Both the position numbers and the translations under genes were made by a program. A DNA stretch of 63,326 nucleotides, counting the filler, from Octopus bimaculoides (Eukaryota), in NCBI RefSeq assembly GCF_001194135.2. It is 3 parts of 3 records of this genome, joined end to end, with 100 filler letters (N's around TTAATTAATTAA, not from the genome) between each part and the next. Parts side by side here need not be neighbours in the genome. Positions count along the whole stretch, not along the records: positions 25,107 to 47,551 come from NC_068993.1; 2 more parts are not named here. One strand, 5' to 3'. The notes below the pieces were generated by a model, which saw only the letters and a list, made by a program, of their open reading frames with translations, did not search any database and was not told the DNA's origin. Shown here in pieces: positions 26,859 to 40,212 of this stretch (positions are counted from its first letter, which is position 1; every line of letters begins with the position of its first letter).

Positions 26859-27860
26859 CCTAGTTTCAGTGAGTACCTCCTACCAACACATTACCACCGC
26901 TCAGTCGCTGTTTCTATATTTCTCTCAAAAATGCACGACGTCCCTTACTGTACTAGTGTACAACGGTACGTCTAGAAATGTAAGGTCTTGTAATTTAATG
27001 GCGATACTCCATGGCAGACATGCTTATACAGGTTGGTAATACTGTCAAGGCCAGAAAATGTTTAATCTCTTCACAGCCTACAATATCCAGCGCCACTGAA
27101 CAAGGTTCAAGTGAGGTCCGCAATGGTGTATCGCTTCCACATACAAATTTGTATGTGTATATATGTATGTGCATGTGTTTATATGTATGCATATGTATAC
27201 ATAGCCTAGTTTCAGTGAGTACCTCCTACCAACACTATCACCGCCCAGTCGCTGCTTCTACATTTTTCTCAAAAATGCACGACGTCCCTTACTGTACTAG
27301 TGTACAACGGTACGTCTAGAAATGTAAGGTCTTGTAATTTAATGGCGATACTCCATGGCAGACATGCTTATACAGGTTGGTAATACTGTCAAGGCCAGAA
27401 AATGTTTAATCTCTTCCCAGCCTACAATATCCATGGCCACTGAACAAGGTTCAATGAGGTCCACAATGGTATATCGCTCCCACATCTCGATCAGCACTGG
27501 ATCGTATTCAGAGAACGATTCCGATGATTTGAATTCAAATCCCTGCCAGACACACGTCAGCCACTTACCCATAGGCAAGCTGTCTCCCTTCTCTCTCTTT
27601 TCTATCATTATTATAATTACTTCTTTTCCTTACATCTGACTGGTTTCATGCTTCCACCACTCACGCAATCCCAATCCACTCGTCTCCCCTCCTCTCTTCA
27701 ACATGTTGTATCTATCACCATGCCTCCCCAATTAACTATGTCCAGTTCTTCCTCCCAAGAACCTCAATCTTCTGGAATCTCTTCCCTGTTCATATATTCC
27801 CTTCAGGTGTTGACTTGAACAGTTTAAAAGGAATATTGACATCAGCCTCAGCGATCTGGG
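26859..27860 (+). mobile_element. CR1/Jockey-group LINE 3' fragment with a 344-bp tandem duplication of its 5' part
   Basis: It reads KARKCL..RSTMVYRSHI (cf. RP.MEYCSHIW), ALDRIQR, and then a FLPRT..W segment. The first ~270 bp repeat at a 344-bp offset (ORFs at 27011 and 27355), separated by a TATG-like microsatellite. Confidence 0.72.
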
Positions 27861-28440
27861 AGAGCTTGTAAAGGTCATGGACTCTACCCACTTTCTTCTA
27901 GATTTAGCATCTAAAGACAAATACGAAAACCTTTGCAATTCAAGAGGTTTTCAACTATAAGAAGCACCCTGAATGAAAAATTCCGCATTCTTCCGAATTT
28001 CCATCCCCAAAGTTCTCCCATTCAAATATATAATCATATCGAAAAGAAAGAAAAATTCTGTAATCCGAAACACTTCTAGTTCCAAGTATTTCTGATAAAT
28101 GACTATCGACCTGTACTATCATAAAGTCACGAATTCATCCTAAAGACATCTAGAATCGTTGCTGCGATGAGACAAAATGCCATGATGTATTTCATCCAAT
28201 TCTTTAAGTCCTGATTTCAAACCCTGCTGAGATTAACGTTGCTTTTCATCTCTCCAATGTCGATAAAGTCATGAACTGGATTCGATGTTAACGATTAGCA
28301 TTCTCTCCTTGAAATTGCTAACCTTGGAAAAAATAATTGGCATAACATTTTCCCTAGCTGTCCTTAAACTAGGCATCTGTCGGTCCAGGGTGATCATACC
28401 TGTGCACATATATGCATAAACCTGGACGAAATAAACTGTT

Positions 28441-28620
28441 ATATTGTTTTCAAATTTTGGCACAACACCGCCAGCAAGTTCGGGGTTGGGGTAGGAGTTA
28501 AGTCAATTCATCGATCCCAGTACCCAACTTGTACTTATTTCATCGAATCCCCGAAAGGATAAAAAGCAAAGTCGACCTCGGCGGAATTTGAACTCAGAAC
28601 ATAGACGGATGAAATGCATT
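28441..28620 (-). mobile_element. SINE family 1, 5'-truncated
   Basis: ccccgaaaggataaaaagcaaagtcgacctcggcggaatttgaactcagaac. Confidence 0.85.
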
Positions 28621-28789
28621 TTATGAAGCCACTGACTGGTAACTGTCCCAGAAGAACATCAGCAGCGTCAGTCTCTGGTTTCGGAGAACCCGCAAATGCT
28701 ATGGATGGCACAACTCCTTCTTCACTACCAAACCAATAACGAAAACTCTGACAAGTAAATATATACTCATATTTACCCATTATCACACT

Positions 28790-28990
28790 ACAAGTAACAA
28801 GGGGGTCCCAGGTAGTTTCACCACTTGCTAGAAATACTTGTGAAATTTCATTAAAATTACACACTCTCGGCTTGAAACAGGGATAAATTGAGCAACGTAG
28901 TTCATGTAAAAAAGACGGGATGGCCACGAATTGAATGCTCGAGACCATGGGTCTATGAAATAAGGGTTGACTTAAGGCTAAGCGACAAAA
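28790..28990. repeat. Abundant non-coding repeat (AAC-tailed family), degenerate
   Basis: ttgctagaaata..aaaaaagacgggatggccacg..gctaagcgac. It is homologous to 35628-36155 and 43161-43700. Confidence 0.55.
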
Positions 28991-28999
28991 AATACTGGA

Positions 29000-29350
29000 A
29001 ATAGTGGTGGATCTCCGTCGTTCGACGATGAAGATTCACTTGTTCAATCAAAGGAATTACCTAATCATTGAATTATTATTTAAGTGGCTGAGTATTCCAA
29101 AGACAAGTACTTCCTTAATATAGACTTTGAGGGAGAACCAGCATGACACAGTGTATGAGAAAGCTATATTTTGAATTATAGGTACAATGCACTCGATTGG
29201 CTTCTGTACAGTTTCCGTCAACCTAATTTCACTCGTAAACGTATGAGACGACCCTAAGTTATAAGAAAATGGAATTTGCCCGAGATAGCATGTTTCGGGA
29301 TCGAACCCGGCACCTTGTTGCTGTAAAATGAGCCTCATAACCATTCAACA
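29000..29350 (-). mobile_element. SINE family 2, degenerate
   Basis: ctccgtcgttcgacg..aagtggctgagtattcca..gacacagt matches 37529-37700. A box-B-like remnant (cgggatcgaacccgg) lies at ~29297. Confidence 0.6.
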
Positions 29351-29442
29351 TCCTTCACCAACACACAAACATATTGCATCAATAGTAAAGTGCCATTATA
29401 TTTTCAAAATCATTATACATTCCTCAAATCATATCTTATATT

Positions 29443-29651
29443 GGTTTCAGATTTTGACAAAGAGCCAGCTATTTCGGGGGAGGGGCTAAGTCGATTACAT
29501 CGACCCCAGTGTTCCACTGGTACTTATTTTATCGACCCCGAAAGGATGAAAGGCAAAGTGGACCTCGGTGGAACTTGAACTCAGAACGTAAAGACGGACG
29601 AAATGCCGCTAAGCATTTTTCCCGGCGTGCTAACAATTTTGCCAGCTCGCC
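29443..29651 (-). mobile_element. SINE family 1 with ~17-bp TSD
   Basis: A full head-core-tail copy is present. The TSD aaatca(ta/gg)tcttatatt lies at 29426-29442 and 29660-29676. Confidence 0.9.
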
Positions 29652-30054
29652 ACTTTTTTAAATCAGGTCTTATATTAGAAAGGCCTTGTACAATCGCTAC
29701 ATTGATAGAATGACGCCATCAAAAAATACTCTTGAACATCATTTGCACAACCAATCCTTAGTTACCATATTACGCTTATATTTAGTCAGTTAAAACCAGT
29801 AAATAGCATATGACAGATCTCTGGTTAACCAATATTTAAATTGTTAACATATGCAATTACCACACTACAGCCGCAGTACGTTCATTGGTGCGCCATGACT
29901 TCTTAATGTGATTTTTATTGTTACTGCATCAGTCTCCGTTCTTTTCAAATTACTGTTTCTTTATCAACCCTATTTAAACCCATCTGTGTACATTCTTTTT
30001 CATACACATTGTGCCTCACCTCACAAAGGCAAAAGTATTATTTTACCAATCAAA

Positions 30055-30352
30055 AACGTATCCGTCCATTCTTAATACGTTCTGGCAGATTCGAATATGA
30101 ATGTCTGATCGCGATTGTTTTTCGTCATCGGAGAACATCTCTTCCCTTTTGGCAATGTATCTTCACAACACACGCGATTCACCGGTGTAATCGGACTTCG
30201 AGACACCGCAGTGTTTCGACCTCGTTCTGGGTCTCCTCGACCGAACACGCATCCTTTCAAGGGAGGAGGTGATCTCTGATGACGAAAAACAACAGCGATG
30301 ACATATCCATTTTCGTATCTGCCAGAACGTATTAAAAATGAATAGATGCGTT
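30055..30352. mobile_element. Foldback/MITE-like element with ~95-bp inverted arms
   Basis: 30055-30149 and 30259-30352 are imperfect reverse complements (ttaatacgttctggcagat / atctgccagaacgtattaa; tttcgtcatc / gatgacgaaa) around a ~110-bp spacer. No TSD is evident. Confidence 0.75.
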
Positions 30353-30439
30353 ACTATTTCGATTCTAGCTGTTCTGAGAACATTTCAGGAATTATTATCG
30401 CTGATACCTATTAAGAAGAGCTCATGCTTTTTTTTTTTA

Positions 30440-30640
30440 TTCATCCGTCCAGCGGGGTAGTTTTCGACTGAGAAGATACACAACAAGGTTGAAACATCAC
30501 GGTGTTTTGAAGCCCTCTTACACCAGTGAACTACGTGTGTTATGAACACATATCGTTGAAAGAGAAGTATTCTCTGATGACGAGAAACAAAATGTGACCT
30601 GTCATGGACGTTCGAAATTGCGGGAATGTACTGTGAATGT
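30440..30640. mobile_element. Second, inverted and more diverged copy of the foldback element
   Basis: The reverse complement of 30455-30590 aligns to 30117-30250 (caacacacg..ttcac(c/t)ggtgtaa..cacc..tgtttc(g/a)acct). Confidence 0.65.
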
Positions 30641-31130
30641 ACAGATATATTATTGTCTGGATTCACGCTGTTCGGCGTGCACCTCATGAATTACTATATG
30701 CTTTTCACCAATCCTTCAAAAAGAATTGCGTATGTGCAGAATCTTTGCTTCTCGCCTGACACAATCAGACATCAAACCTGCTAGAATTAAAACTGAACAT
30801 AAACATATACTATGTCAATTTCAACCAGTTCTGTTTGTCTGTCTCTGTTTCTCTGTTCCTCACTCTCTCTCTCTTTTTGTCTCTCTTTGTCCCTCTCTCT
30901 CCCTCGCTGTCGCTTTCGAATCTAGAAGACCTTGAAACGATTGGGGATAATGTTTCCTCTTCAGGGTGGGTACCTCCAACAACCCCCCACCTCTAAACAA
31001 CAGCGGTATTAATAAGGATGGCAACAATTGCTCAAATATCAACAACAGCAGTAGTGAAGCTGCAATGACAATGTCTACAGCTGTATACAATTCATCGAGT
31101 ATATATATAAAGATATATATATATAAAGAC

Positions 31131-31182
<52 letters not shown>

Positions 31183-31484
31183 GTATGTATGTACGTATGT
31201 ATGTATTATTGTATTACATCATTCTTTTATATTGTGTATGTATGTATGTATGTTTGTATGTATGTTTGTATGTATGTTTGAATGCATGTATTTATGTATG
31301 TTTGTATGTATGTATGTATGTATCTATATATGTATATATGTATATAAGCATAGTTAGAGTGAGACATTAGATATATGTACATCATAAACAGCTTTGCTGC
31401 CGGATAGTAAACCAACAAGCTCTGTCAATTATCGCAGCACTTTCACATCCTCATTGCTGAAATATGTCTCACTAGGCAGATATT

Positions 31485-31523
<39 letters not shown>

Positions 31524-32476
31524 TTCTATTATAGGCACAAGGCTCAAAATTTAGCACATCATACAAATACCTTATATTCGTTCCGGTTCTTTTCGTTTTA
31601 AGTTCGAATCCCGACGGCAACTTTATCTTTGATGTCTTCGGGATCAATAAAACAAAGTACCAATCATCTTCTGGGGGTCAATAGTATCGAATCAACTAAC
31701 CCCACCCTCTCTTCAAATATTTGTATCCTTTGTGTCTAAATTAGAACCTATCATTTATTCCATTGACTTCAAAACGATGAGAGGTAATATCGACTTCAGG
31801 GTGATTTGAACCCAGAACATTAAAAGATGGTATATAACGCAATGCCTTCTAAAATTTAGCCTGTCGTTCTACTGATTGTATCCCCTAAAAAAAAAAAAAA
31901 AAAATAGATACTAAGAAAATGAGGGGTCTAAAACAACAGAATCACCATTAACATCGGCAGCAGAAATGGAAACAATGAGAAGCAACCACAACCACTGGAG
32001 CAATAAAAACAGTGAGAGGGGAAACATAGATAAAAACAACTGATATCATTGGTGGTGGTCGTGGTCGGGGTGGTGAAGTTGAGGTGTTCTCCACCTCGGG
32101 TGTGGTGGTCGGGAAGAATCAGAGAAAGGGAGAGAGAGAGAGAGAGAGTCGGGGAGTAGGGAGATAAGGAAGGGGGCTGGCTCCCTTTACGGTAGTGCGA
32201 TACTTGAAGACAATTACTTTTGGTAATTGTATAGTCTAGATAACGTACAACAATCGAAATACTAAAGGGGGAGGGGAGCAGGAGGAGGACGAGGAGGAGG
32301 AGAGGATAAGAAGGAGGAGGAGGAGGACGTGTGCGCGCGCGTATATACATATATACATATATATATATAGGGAAGGGTTGTGGCATGAATAGGGGTGAAA
32401 ATGTAGACGGAGAATTGGAGACTCGTAGTGTGAGAGATGTATCGTTATATGCATGGGTGTATAGGTATGTATATAT

Positions 32477-32524
<48 letters not shown>

Positions 32525-32568
32525 TATGTATAATCTATTTGTATGTGTATGTATACACACAGACACAC

Positions 32569-32641
<73 letters not shown>

Positions 32642-34834
32642 TATATACGCGTGTGTCTGTGTGTATACATACATACATACATACAGAGTGAGAATGGGCT
32701 TGAAAGGACTACGAACCACTGCTTACCATTATCAAGAACAACATTGACAAAAGCAGGAATAACAAACTAGAACCTCAACATCAGTAACATCAACAATAAC
32801 AACACCAACAATAAAAAACAACAACAACAGCAAAACTAGTACTAACAAGGTAGAAATTGTTGCCTACAAAACATGTTCACTCAATGTAAACTATATTGTT
32901 ACAGACCAAGGAAAATCACCAACACACATACATAGAGACATACCGGCTAAAGCTGTGTTAGTGTGTGTGTTTTAAAGGTTCTTGTCTCTATTTCAGCGAC
33001 TAACTTACTAACATACCACATACATGGATGCCTCATACGTCTGTCAGATTCTCAAACAGAAACATGTTTAAATAATGCCTTACATATGGGACACTTATGT
33101 AAGTTTATATATAAGTTTACACACACACACGTACACACACATGCACATACACACGCACATATATATATGTATATATATGTATATNNNNNNNNNNGTGTGT
33201 GTGTGTGTGTGTGTGTGTGTATACATGTATATAAATAATAACAGATGGATAGTGGTTCATCATATATTATGTGTGTGTGTGTATGTTTGTATGAATCTAT
33301 GAATGTATGCACACATACATGCATGTATGCATATATATGTGTGTGTGTGTGAGTGGGTGTGAGTGGGTGTAAGCATGTGTGTTAGTGCATGCGTGTGCAT
33401 GTGTGAGTGTATGATAAAAAATCTAAGTGGAATATGGAAACGGAAAAGGACAAATTAAACACCGAAGGCCTCTCGTCACGTACAGAGACTTGAATCAGCG
33501 TAGTTTCGGTGAGTTTAAAGATAAATGTGAATGAAAGATTGACTGAATTGATGGATTAATGAATAAGAGGATTAATGAATGAAGGAACGAATGGTGGAAA
33601 TTGTGTGGAAGCCGTTGAGTTGATAGTTTCAGTAATTAAGAGGTTCAACTTTGTCACACACTAATAACGTTAAGAGCTTATATGTTTGTGAAAGTAAAGT
33701 TAGTCGCAGACTCAGCCACCACAAAGAGCTTTATGGTTGCTGTTACGTTACAATAAAGATCTATGTCTCATAAGTAGAATGGCTAGCACCGTAAAGCAAG
33801 AGATATGATTCCAGAAGAGTAAGTGTGCCTACCATTCTATTCTATAATTCAATCAATAAATCAATATTCTCGGAGAAAATTTGAAAGCATTAAAACGACC
33901 GAAACAGAAGCATGATAGATTGAAAGCCAAACAATATTTAGTTTCATTCCTGCAAAGTTCAAAACCTACTAGAGTTGATTTTTGTTTCTCAATATTCTAG
34001 ATGCCTTCAGAATAAGAATTCTTCATGTTCTGGCGCCAATTCAATCGATGATGACTGCACCCATAACTCTGAGGTTCATTCGTGATCTTATTTTTGTCAA
34101 TTTAACTCTTTCACTGCGAAATAAGATTTCATGGTTATGCTATTAATGACGTTAATAAATATCTACCAACAGGTAGAATTAGAATTTTCCGCAAGTTACG
34201 TTGCCTCAGTAAACTTGGCATATCCCAATAGAAAATAGATTCAAACATGACATCCCTCAACATAAGATAGATTGGTTTATAAAATTGCCTTCGGCAGTTA
34301 AGGGTTATGAAATTTTGAATGGTTATATATATTCCACAGTAAAGGGGTTAAGAAAAACCACTATTTTTTAGAGGAAAATAATTTCTATTCTGGGAGAACA
34401 TAACCCTTATTGGAAAAACAATGAAATCACTTAGATTTTATGAATTAAGGAAACAACGGAGTTTTGCGCTAGAGTCAATTGTTCTAACATGTCTGCGGGT
34501 TGTCAAAGTGATTTTATAATTAAGAGAACTTCGTCTGAAGACACTTAGTAATTTCAGCTAGAAGATGCTTTATAGGATAAGCAAATAGTATACTGCATAA
34601 TCTACAGCTTAGCTGTAGTTTCGATAGGAAATAGTATATAGTGTAAGCTATAGACTGCAATGTTATCTACAGCAACTAGTGTTCTATGCAGGCTATAGCT
34701 TAGCTAAAGTTTCTACATCAAAACTATGTTATGTGGACTATAGCTGAGTCATAGTTTTTGTAGGAAATTGTTTATTCTATAGGCTGTAGGTTAGCTATTG
34801 TTTTTATAGCAAATTTGTTTCGATACCAGAGTAC

Positions 34835-35100
34835 AGTATGGCCGAATGATTAAGAAGTCTACTCAGCAATTATGAAGTCGTGGTTTCAAGCTAACTGTGT
34901 AGTATCATGGGCAAATGACATTCTTATAGCTTTAAAGCTATTCAGCATAGTGAATAAAATTGGGTGGAATAAAATTGTGTGGTAAACCTATCGGATGGAC
35001 GGATGGATAGATCGCAGATCGTGTAATTTAAAAGTTCACTTTTATCAAACTGTGTCATGCTGATTCTCCCCGAGTATTACATTGAGGTTACACTTGGGTC
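34835..35100 (+). mobile_element. Highly degenerate tRNA-headed SINE (another family)
   Basis: It has a box-A-like tggccgaatgatt, a degenerate box-B region and tgggcaaatgacattct. Confidence 0.35.
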
Positions 35101-35627
35101 GATAGAGCTTGTGCATTGCTGACAGAAGGCAAAAAGCTGGATCAAACACTACAAGGTATTTTTCACGACTCACTAATAGTTCCGCCAGTACACTGTTCTG
35201 GATTGATACGTTTTTTTATCGATTTCGAAATATCAACTGTGTGGATTGGAAATCAGTGTGTAGAGAGACATAAATTCCACTTAGCCTTTTATTCAGCGCT
35301 CTTACGACTCTGCCAAATCACTCCCTAAGTTAAACCACATGCCTGTAAAAATATATGTCGCAACCCCGCTGTATGACTGTAGGGTGGTGTGTTGGTTTGC
35401 TTTAGTTTTTTAAGGACTTCGAAATAAGTAAACAAACAAAAAAAAAAGAAAGAAAAAGAAAAAGAAATTAAATGCGTGAAGTCTGTATTTTTACTTTAAT
35501 TCCTTAATTGCAAATTGCAATTACAAATTTCTAATTATACCAAATATTTTTAAGAAATGATTATTTCCTTTGCGTATTGAACTGAACAACTTCACTAATC
35601 TGTAAAGGAGAAAAGACAGAGCCTCTT

Positions 35628-36155
35628 CGTGATCACTAGATATGCTAGAAATAGCAGCAAAATCTCTTGCAAATTGCATCATAGTATCTGAAAAAGGAAA
35701 AGTCGTATTGGATAATACAGTTGTAGGTGTCTGAAAAAAAAAGAGACGAGATGGTGATGACTGGATCAATAGTCGATTCTATATGGTCATTATTTTGTGG
35801 TCATTCTATCTGCCAGAACCAACCACAAATTCCACAACACTGTCTGAGAAACAAGCAATAGCTTATTGCATAATGCAGTTGTAGATCTCTGACAGGAAAA
35901 AAAAAACAAAAGAAAAAAGAAAGAGACAGGGTGGTCATAACTGGAACGCTTTTGATCATAGGTCGGCCCTATGTGGTCACCAGATCTAAAAATAGCAACT
36001 AAACCTCCCACAAATTGCACAACCCTGTCCGAAAAATAAAAGACACATTGGATAATGCAGTTGATGTGAGGAAAAAGAGACGGGATGGTCACGAGAGGAA
36101 CGTCTTTGATCATAGATCGGCTCGGTCAAGGCTGATTTAAAGCTAAACAACAAAA
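35628..36155. repeat. Three head-to-tail diverged copies (~175 bp) of the AAC-tailed repeat
   Basis: The pattern aaatagca..aaattgca..ttg(g/c)ataat(a/g)cagttg..aaaaagagac..ggt(g/c)a recurs from ~35628, ~35795 and ~35972. Confidence 0.7.
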
Positions 36156-36453
36156 GAACGCTATCAACTTTTACCATTTCTAATCTTACCTTCAGCGTAC
36201 TTTAAGAAGAAATATCAATAGTGTAATTCCATCTTTGGGGAACCTCACTAAATCAACTAGAATAAGGCTGGAGAGGGAGAGAGGGGGAGGAGTGAGGTAT
36301 TGGGAGAGGGAGAGAGAGGAATGGAGGGAGAGAAAGAAGGAGAGAAAAGGAAGGGAGAGAGGGATAGAGTAAGAGATGGTAAGTGTAGAAGAGAGAAAGA
36401 GGGAGTGAGAATAAGTGAGAGAGAGAAAGAGAGTGTGTGTACGTATAAGTAAC

Positions 36454-36495
<42 letters not shown>

Positions 36496-36932
36496 NNNNN
36501 NNNNNNNNNNNNNNNNNNNNNNNNNNNNNNNNNNNNNNNNNNNNNNNNNNNNNNNNNNNNNNNNNNNNNNNNNNNNNNNNNNNNNNNNNNNNNNNNNNNN
36601 NNNNNNNNNNNNNNNNNNNNNNNNNNNNNNNNNNNNNNNNNNNNNNNNNNNNNNNNNNNNNNNNNNNNNNNNNNNNNNNNNNNNNNNNNNNNNNNNNNNN
36701 NNNNNNNNNNNNNNNNNNNNNNNNNNNNNNNNNNNNNNNNNNNNNNNNNNNNNNNNNNNNNNNNNNNNNNNNNNNNNNNNNNNNNNNNNNNNNNNNNNNN
36801 NNNNNNNNNNNNNNNNNNNNNNNNNNNNNNNNNNNNNNNNNNNNNNNNNNNNNNNNNNNNNNNNNNNNNNNNNNNNNNNNNNNNNNNNNNNNNNNNNNNN
36901 NNNNNNNNNNNNNNNNNNNNNNNNNNNNNNNN

Positions 36933-36993
<61 letters not shown>

Positions 36994-37528
36994 AGATAGA
37001 GTGAAGGTTTAAATATCTGTGTAGAGTTTGCCTGTTTAAGATATTAGAGTATAAAGTTATATTTACATAACTCGGGGTGTAACTGGAGCTGTAACTGATA
37101 ATCAGAAGTGAATATGTCGCCCAACCTTTCTTATTGACACGGCGGTGAAACACTACCAAAAGGTTTCGCCTTTATATTGAAGGCTGTCGTGAGCAAGTTA
37201 GCCTACTGGGGTCCATACTTATCTAACTTATTAACTACGGTTGAATAATATCAGTAATGAGATGTAGCCAAAAAAAAAAAAAAGAAATGGTTCGCTCGGG
37301 AAACGAACCTGTGTCTCATATTTGGTTAGCTTCGTCGTAGATACTTTTCTATATCGGTCGCAGTGAGTGTGTCATTACGAGATAATCCTGTCTTAAGATA
37401 TTTAATTATAGACGAGAGGAAAGTCGAGCAGCTGGTAGAATCGTTAGCTTGTCGGGGAAAAAAAAAACCCCATCCNNNNNNNNNNNNNNNNNNNNNNNNN
37501 NNNNNNNNNNNNNNTCAGTATTGATAAA

Positions 37529-37912
37529 ATGTTGTTGGCACTCCGTCGCTTACGACGTCGAGGGTTCCAGTTGATCCGATCAACGGAACAGCCTGCTCGT
37601 GAAATTAACGTGCAAGTGGCTGAGCACTCCACAGACACGTGTACCCTTAACGTAGTTCTCGGGGATATTCAACGTGACACAGTGGGACAAGGCTGGCTCT
37701 TTGAATTACAGGCACAACAGAAACAGGAAGTACGAGTGAGAAAAAGTTGTGGTGGAAGAGTACAGCAGGGTTCGCCACCATCCCCTGCTGGAGCCTCGTG
37801 GAGCTTTAGGTGTTTTCGCTCAATAAACACTCACAACACCTGGTCTGGGAATCTAAACCGTGATCCTATGACCGCGAGTCCGCTGCCCTAACCACTGGGC
37901 TATTGCGCCGCC
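37529..37912 (-). mobile_element. tRNA-derived SINE family 2, near full length
   Basis: The minus strand starts ggcgcaatagcccagtggttagggcagcggactcgcggtcataggatcacggtttagattccc (box A/B) and ends gacggagtgccaacaac. Confidence 0.88.
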
Positions 37913-38019
37913 ACATTGATAAAATAAGTACTAGTCAATTAGTGGGGTCAATAGTATCAGCTAAAACCCCTCCCCTAAAAACTGCTGGATCTGTTCCTAA
38001 ATTAGATATCGTAGATATG

Positions 38020-38240
38020 CAGAAGAGTGGCGAACTGGCAGAATCGTTAGAACATCGGGAAATGCTTTACTGTATTCGTTTTGACTCTTTGCATTCTGTG
38101 ATCAAATACCATCAAGGTCAACTTTGCCTTTCGTCCGTCAGGGGTCGATAAAATATAGTACCAGAAAATTACTGATCCAGGTGCTATCAGCCAAAACCCT
38201 TCCCCTCAAAACTGCTGCTCTTTGTGTCTAAATCATAAAA
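38020..38240 (+). mobile_element. SINE family 1, degenerate
   Basis: gagtggcgaactggcagaatcgttag..aactttgcctttcgtccgtcaggggtcgataaa..gtaccag. Confidence 0.75.
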
Positions 38241-38910
38241 AATGAAACTTTTGAGTGTAACCCGGTTCTTGTAGTTGTTCAGCTGGTAGTCAAACCCAAA
38301 CCAGTAAACCTATGACCAAAAGCGTCCCAGCTGTGACCTTTTTTTTTATATCAGGATTTGATTTGAGTGATGTTTGGCTGTTGTTTTTAGTGATTCGAAC
38401 GACTGCATATAGAAGGATCCATCATTAGCAATGATTACGTAGCAGGAGTTTCAAGATCCCCTTGACAGTACTTACGCTAGGATTCTTATGATGACTTAAA
38501 ACATCTCATTCTATGAGCACTAGACCAGAGGGGAGATTTATGGACACATTCTACCCATATCTACTATTGCTGGTTTGCTGGCTGCTACTATAGTACCGAA
38601 CACTAGGCTATATAGTATGCTTTATCTGGAGGCTTCTGCACCCGAGTAGAAGACGAAAAGCCATCAATAATATTAATGTAATTGTCTGAGGCACAAAACA
38701 TGGAATTGAGGGCGTACTAATTGGGTACACAGATATTAGATTGTTGGCACAGTGTGGTGAAACACATCTCGGTTGCGGCCGGTTCATGAAAAGAAATATC
38801 AGTCTTCGTAAAATAACGGCTCTTGACGAGCGACAGAGTTATGAAGGATATTTTACCGCGATATCAATTCGTGGTAAAGCACCGTCAACCACGCGATATA
38901 GGGATCGATA

Positions 38911-39130
38911 GTTGCTACTTTACTACAGATAAAGACACGATATTAATCCGTGATTAAACACCCTAACTCACAAAATAAATAGATAAATAGCTGCTATTTT
39001 ATGGTGAGATAAAGACGCAATATTAATCCCTGGTATAACAACCTCAACCATAAGACAAATGGATCAATAAGTGCTATTTTATTCTGAAATTAAGACATGT
39101 CGACATTACATGGATTAAACAATATTACAA
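38911..39130 (+). repeat. ~79-bp minisatellite, about 2.7 diverged units
   Basis: tgcta(c/t)ttt..agataaagac..atattaatcc recurs at 38913, 38992 and 39072. Confidence 0.7.
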
Positions 39131-39511
39131 ATAAATCATAAATATACATCGTTGTTTTCCAAGTTTCTCTTTTTCCACCAAGAGAAATTCTACGATTACA
39201 GTCAATCTCAGAAAAACCTTCATTTTCTTTGTTTCACTTTTTATATATTTATTATTTTTGTTTTGGCCTCTGAGTCAACGGCAATAGCAGATTATAGTGT
39301 TCCGTGCTCTTTAAATACCATAATGTCACAATATGTCACAGTATTTTTCCATTGGTTTAGCTAAACTTTCATATCTGTTTGGCTGATAAAATCTACATGA
39401 ATATCTCCCCACTTTTTCAACTTGTTAGCATGCTCGCGAAATGTATGCCTGTTTATTTATTTGAAGGTTATAGAACCTAGTTCCTTCATTATCATTGTTT
39501 TCATTATATCA

Positions 39512-39727
39512 TTGGCCAGCTGGCAGACTCGTTGGCACGTCGGCAAAATGCTTCGCGGTATTTCACCCGTCTTTACGTCCCGAGTTCGTATTCCACCGAA
39601 GTCGACTTTGCATTTCATCCTTTCGGGTTCGATGAAATAAGTACCAGTTATAATACTGGGATCGGTGTAAGCGACTCGGATCCTCCCCAAAATTTCATGC
39701 TTTGTGCCTATAGTAGAAAGGATTATT
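39512..39727 (+). mobile_element. SINE family 1
   Basis: agctggcagactcgttggcacg..gtcgactttgcatttcatcctttcggg..tgtgcctatagtagaaaggattatt. Confidence 0.88.
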
Positions 39728-39883
39728 TCCTTGCTTTATCATTTCATTGTATGTAAATCCCAACACTTTGTCTGTCTTTTTGTTTCGTTCCTCCTCATCC
39801 TTCGCTCTGGTGGTAAATAAAAGTAATCATCGTCGTCGTCGTTATCGTCCTCCTCCTCCTCATCATCATCATCATTATCATCA

Positions 39884-39926
<43 letters not shown>

Positions 39927-40151
39927 GGCGGTTAGCTGGCAGGATCGTTAGCACGCCGGGCGAAATGCTTGGCGGTATTTCGTCTGCCGCTACGTTCTAA
40001 ATTCAAATTCCGCCGGGGTTGACATTGCCTTTTATCCTTTCGGGGTCGATAAATTAAGTACCAGTTGAACACTGGGGTCGATGTAATTGACTAGTCCCCT
40101 CCCCCAAAATTTCAGGTCTTCTGCCTTTAGTAGAAAGGGGGGTTATTATTA
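39927..40151 (+). mobile_element. SINE family 1, well preserved
   Basis: ggcggttagctggcaggatcgttagcacgccgggcgaaatgc..attcaaattccgccgg..ctggggtcgatgtaa..tagtagaaagg. Confidence 0.9.
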
Positions 40152-40212
40152 TTGTTGATCGCAATGATCCTAACATTTTCAAGGGGCGATTTGAAAGTAT
40201 TTGCTTGGGTCA

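Noticed and set aside
30275-30292. ctgatgacgaaa (also ~30574) as a hammerhead core
   Set aside because: There is no stem II and no stem I pairing; it is part of the foldback arm.
30966-31130. Asn/Ser-rich ORF GTSNNPPPLNNSG..
   Set aside because: It resembles decayed AAC repeat and runs into microsatellite.
34560-34820. Degenerate tatagc/gctatag-rich periodic stretch
   Set aside because: I could not define a unit or period reliably.
37283-37345. tRNA-like 3' half on the minus strand before a T run
   Set aside because: Only a box-B-like remnant is visible; there is no cloverleaf.
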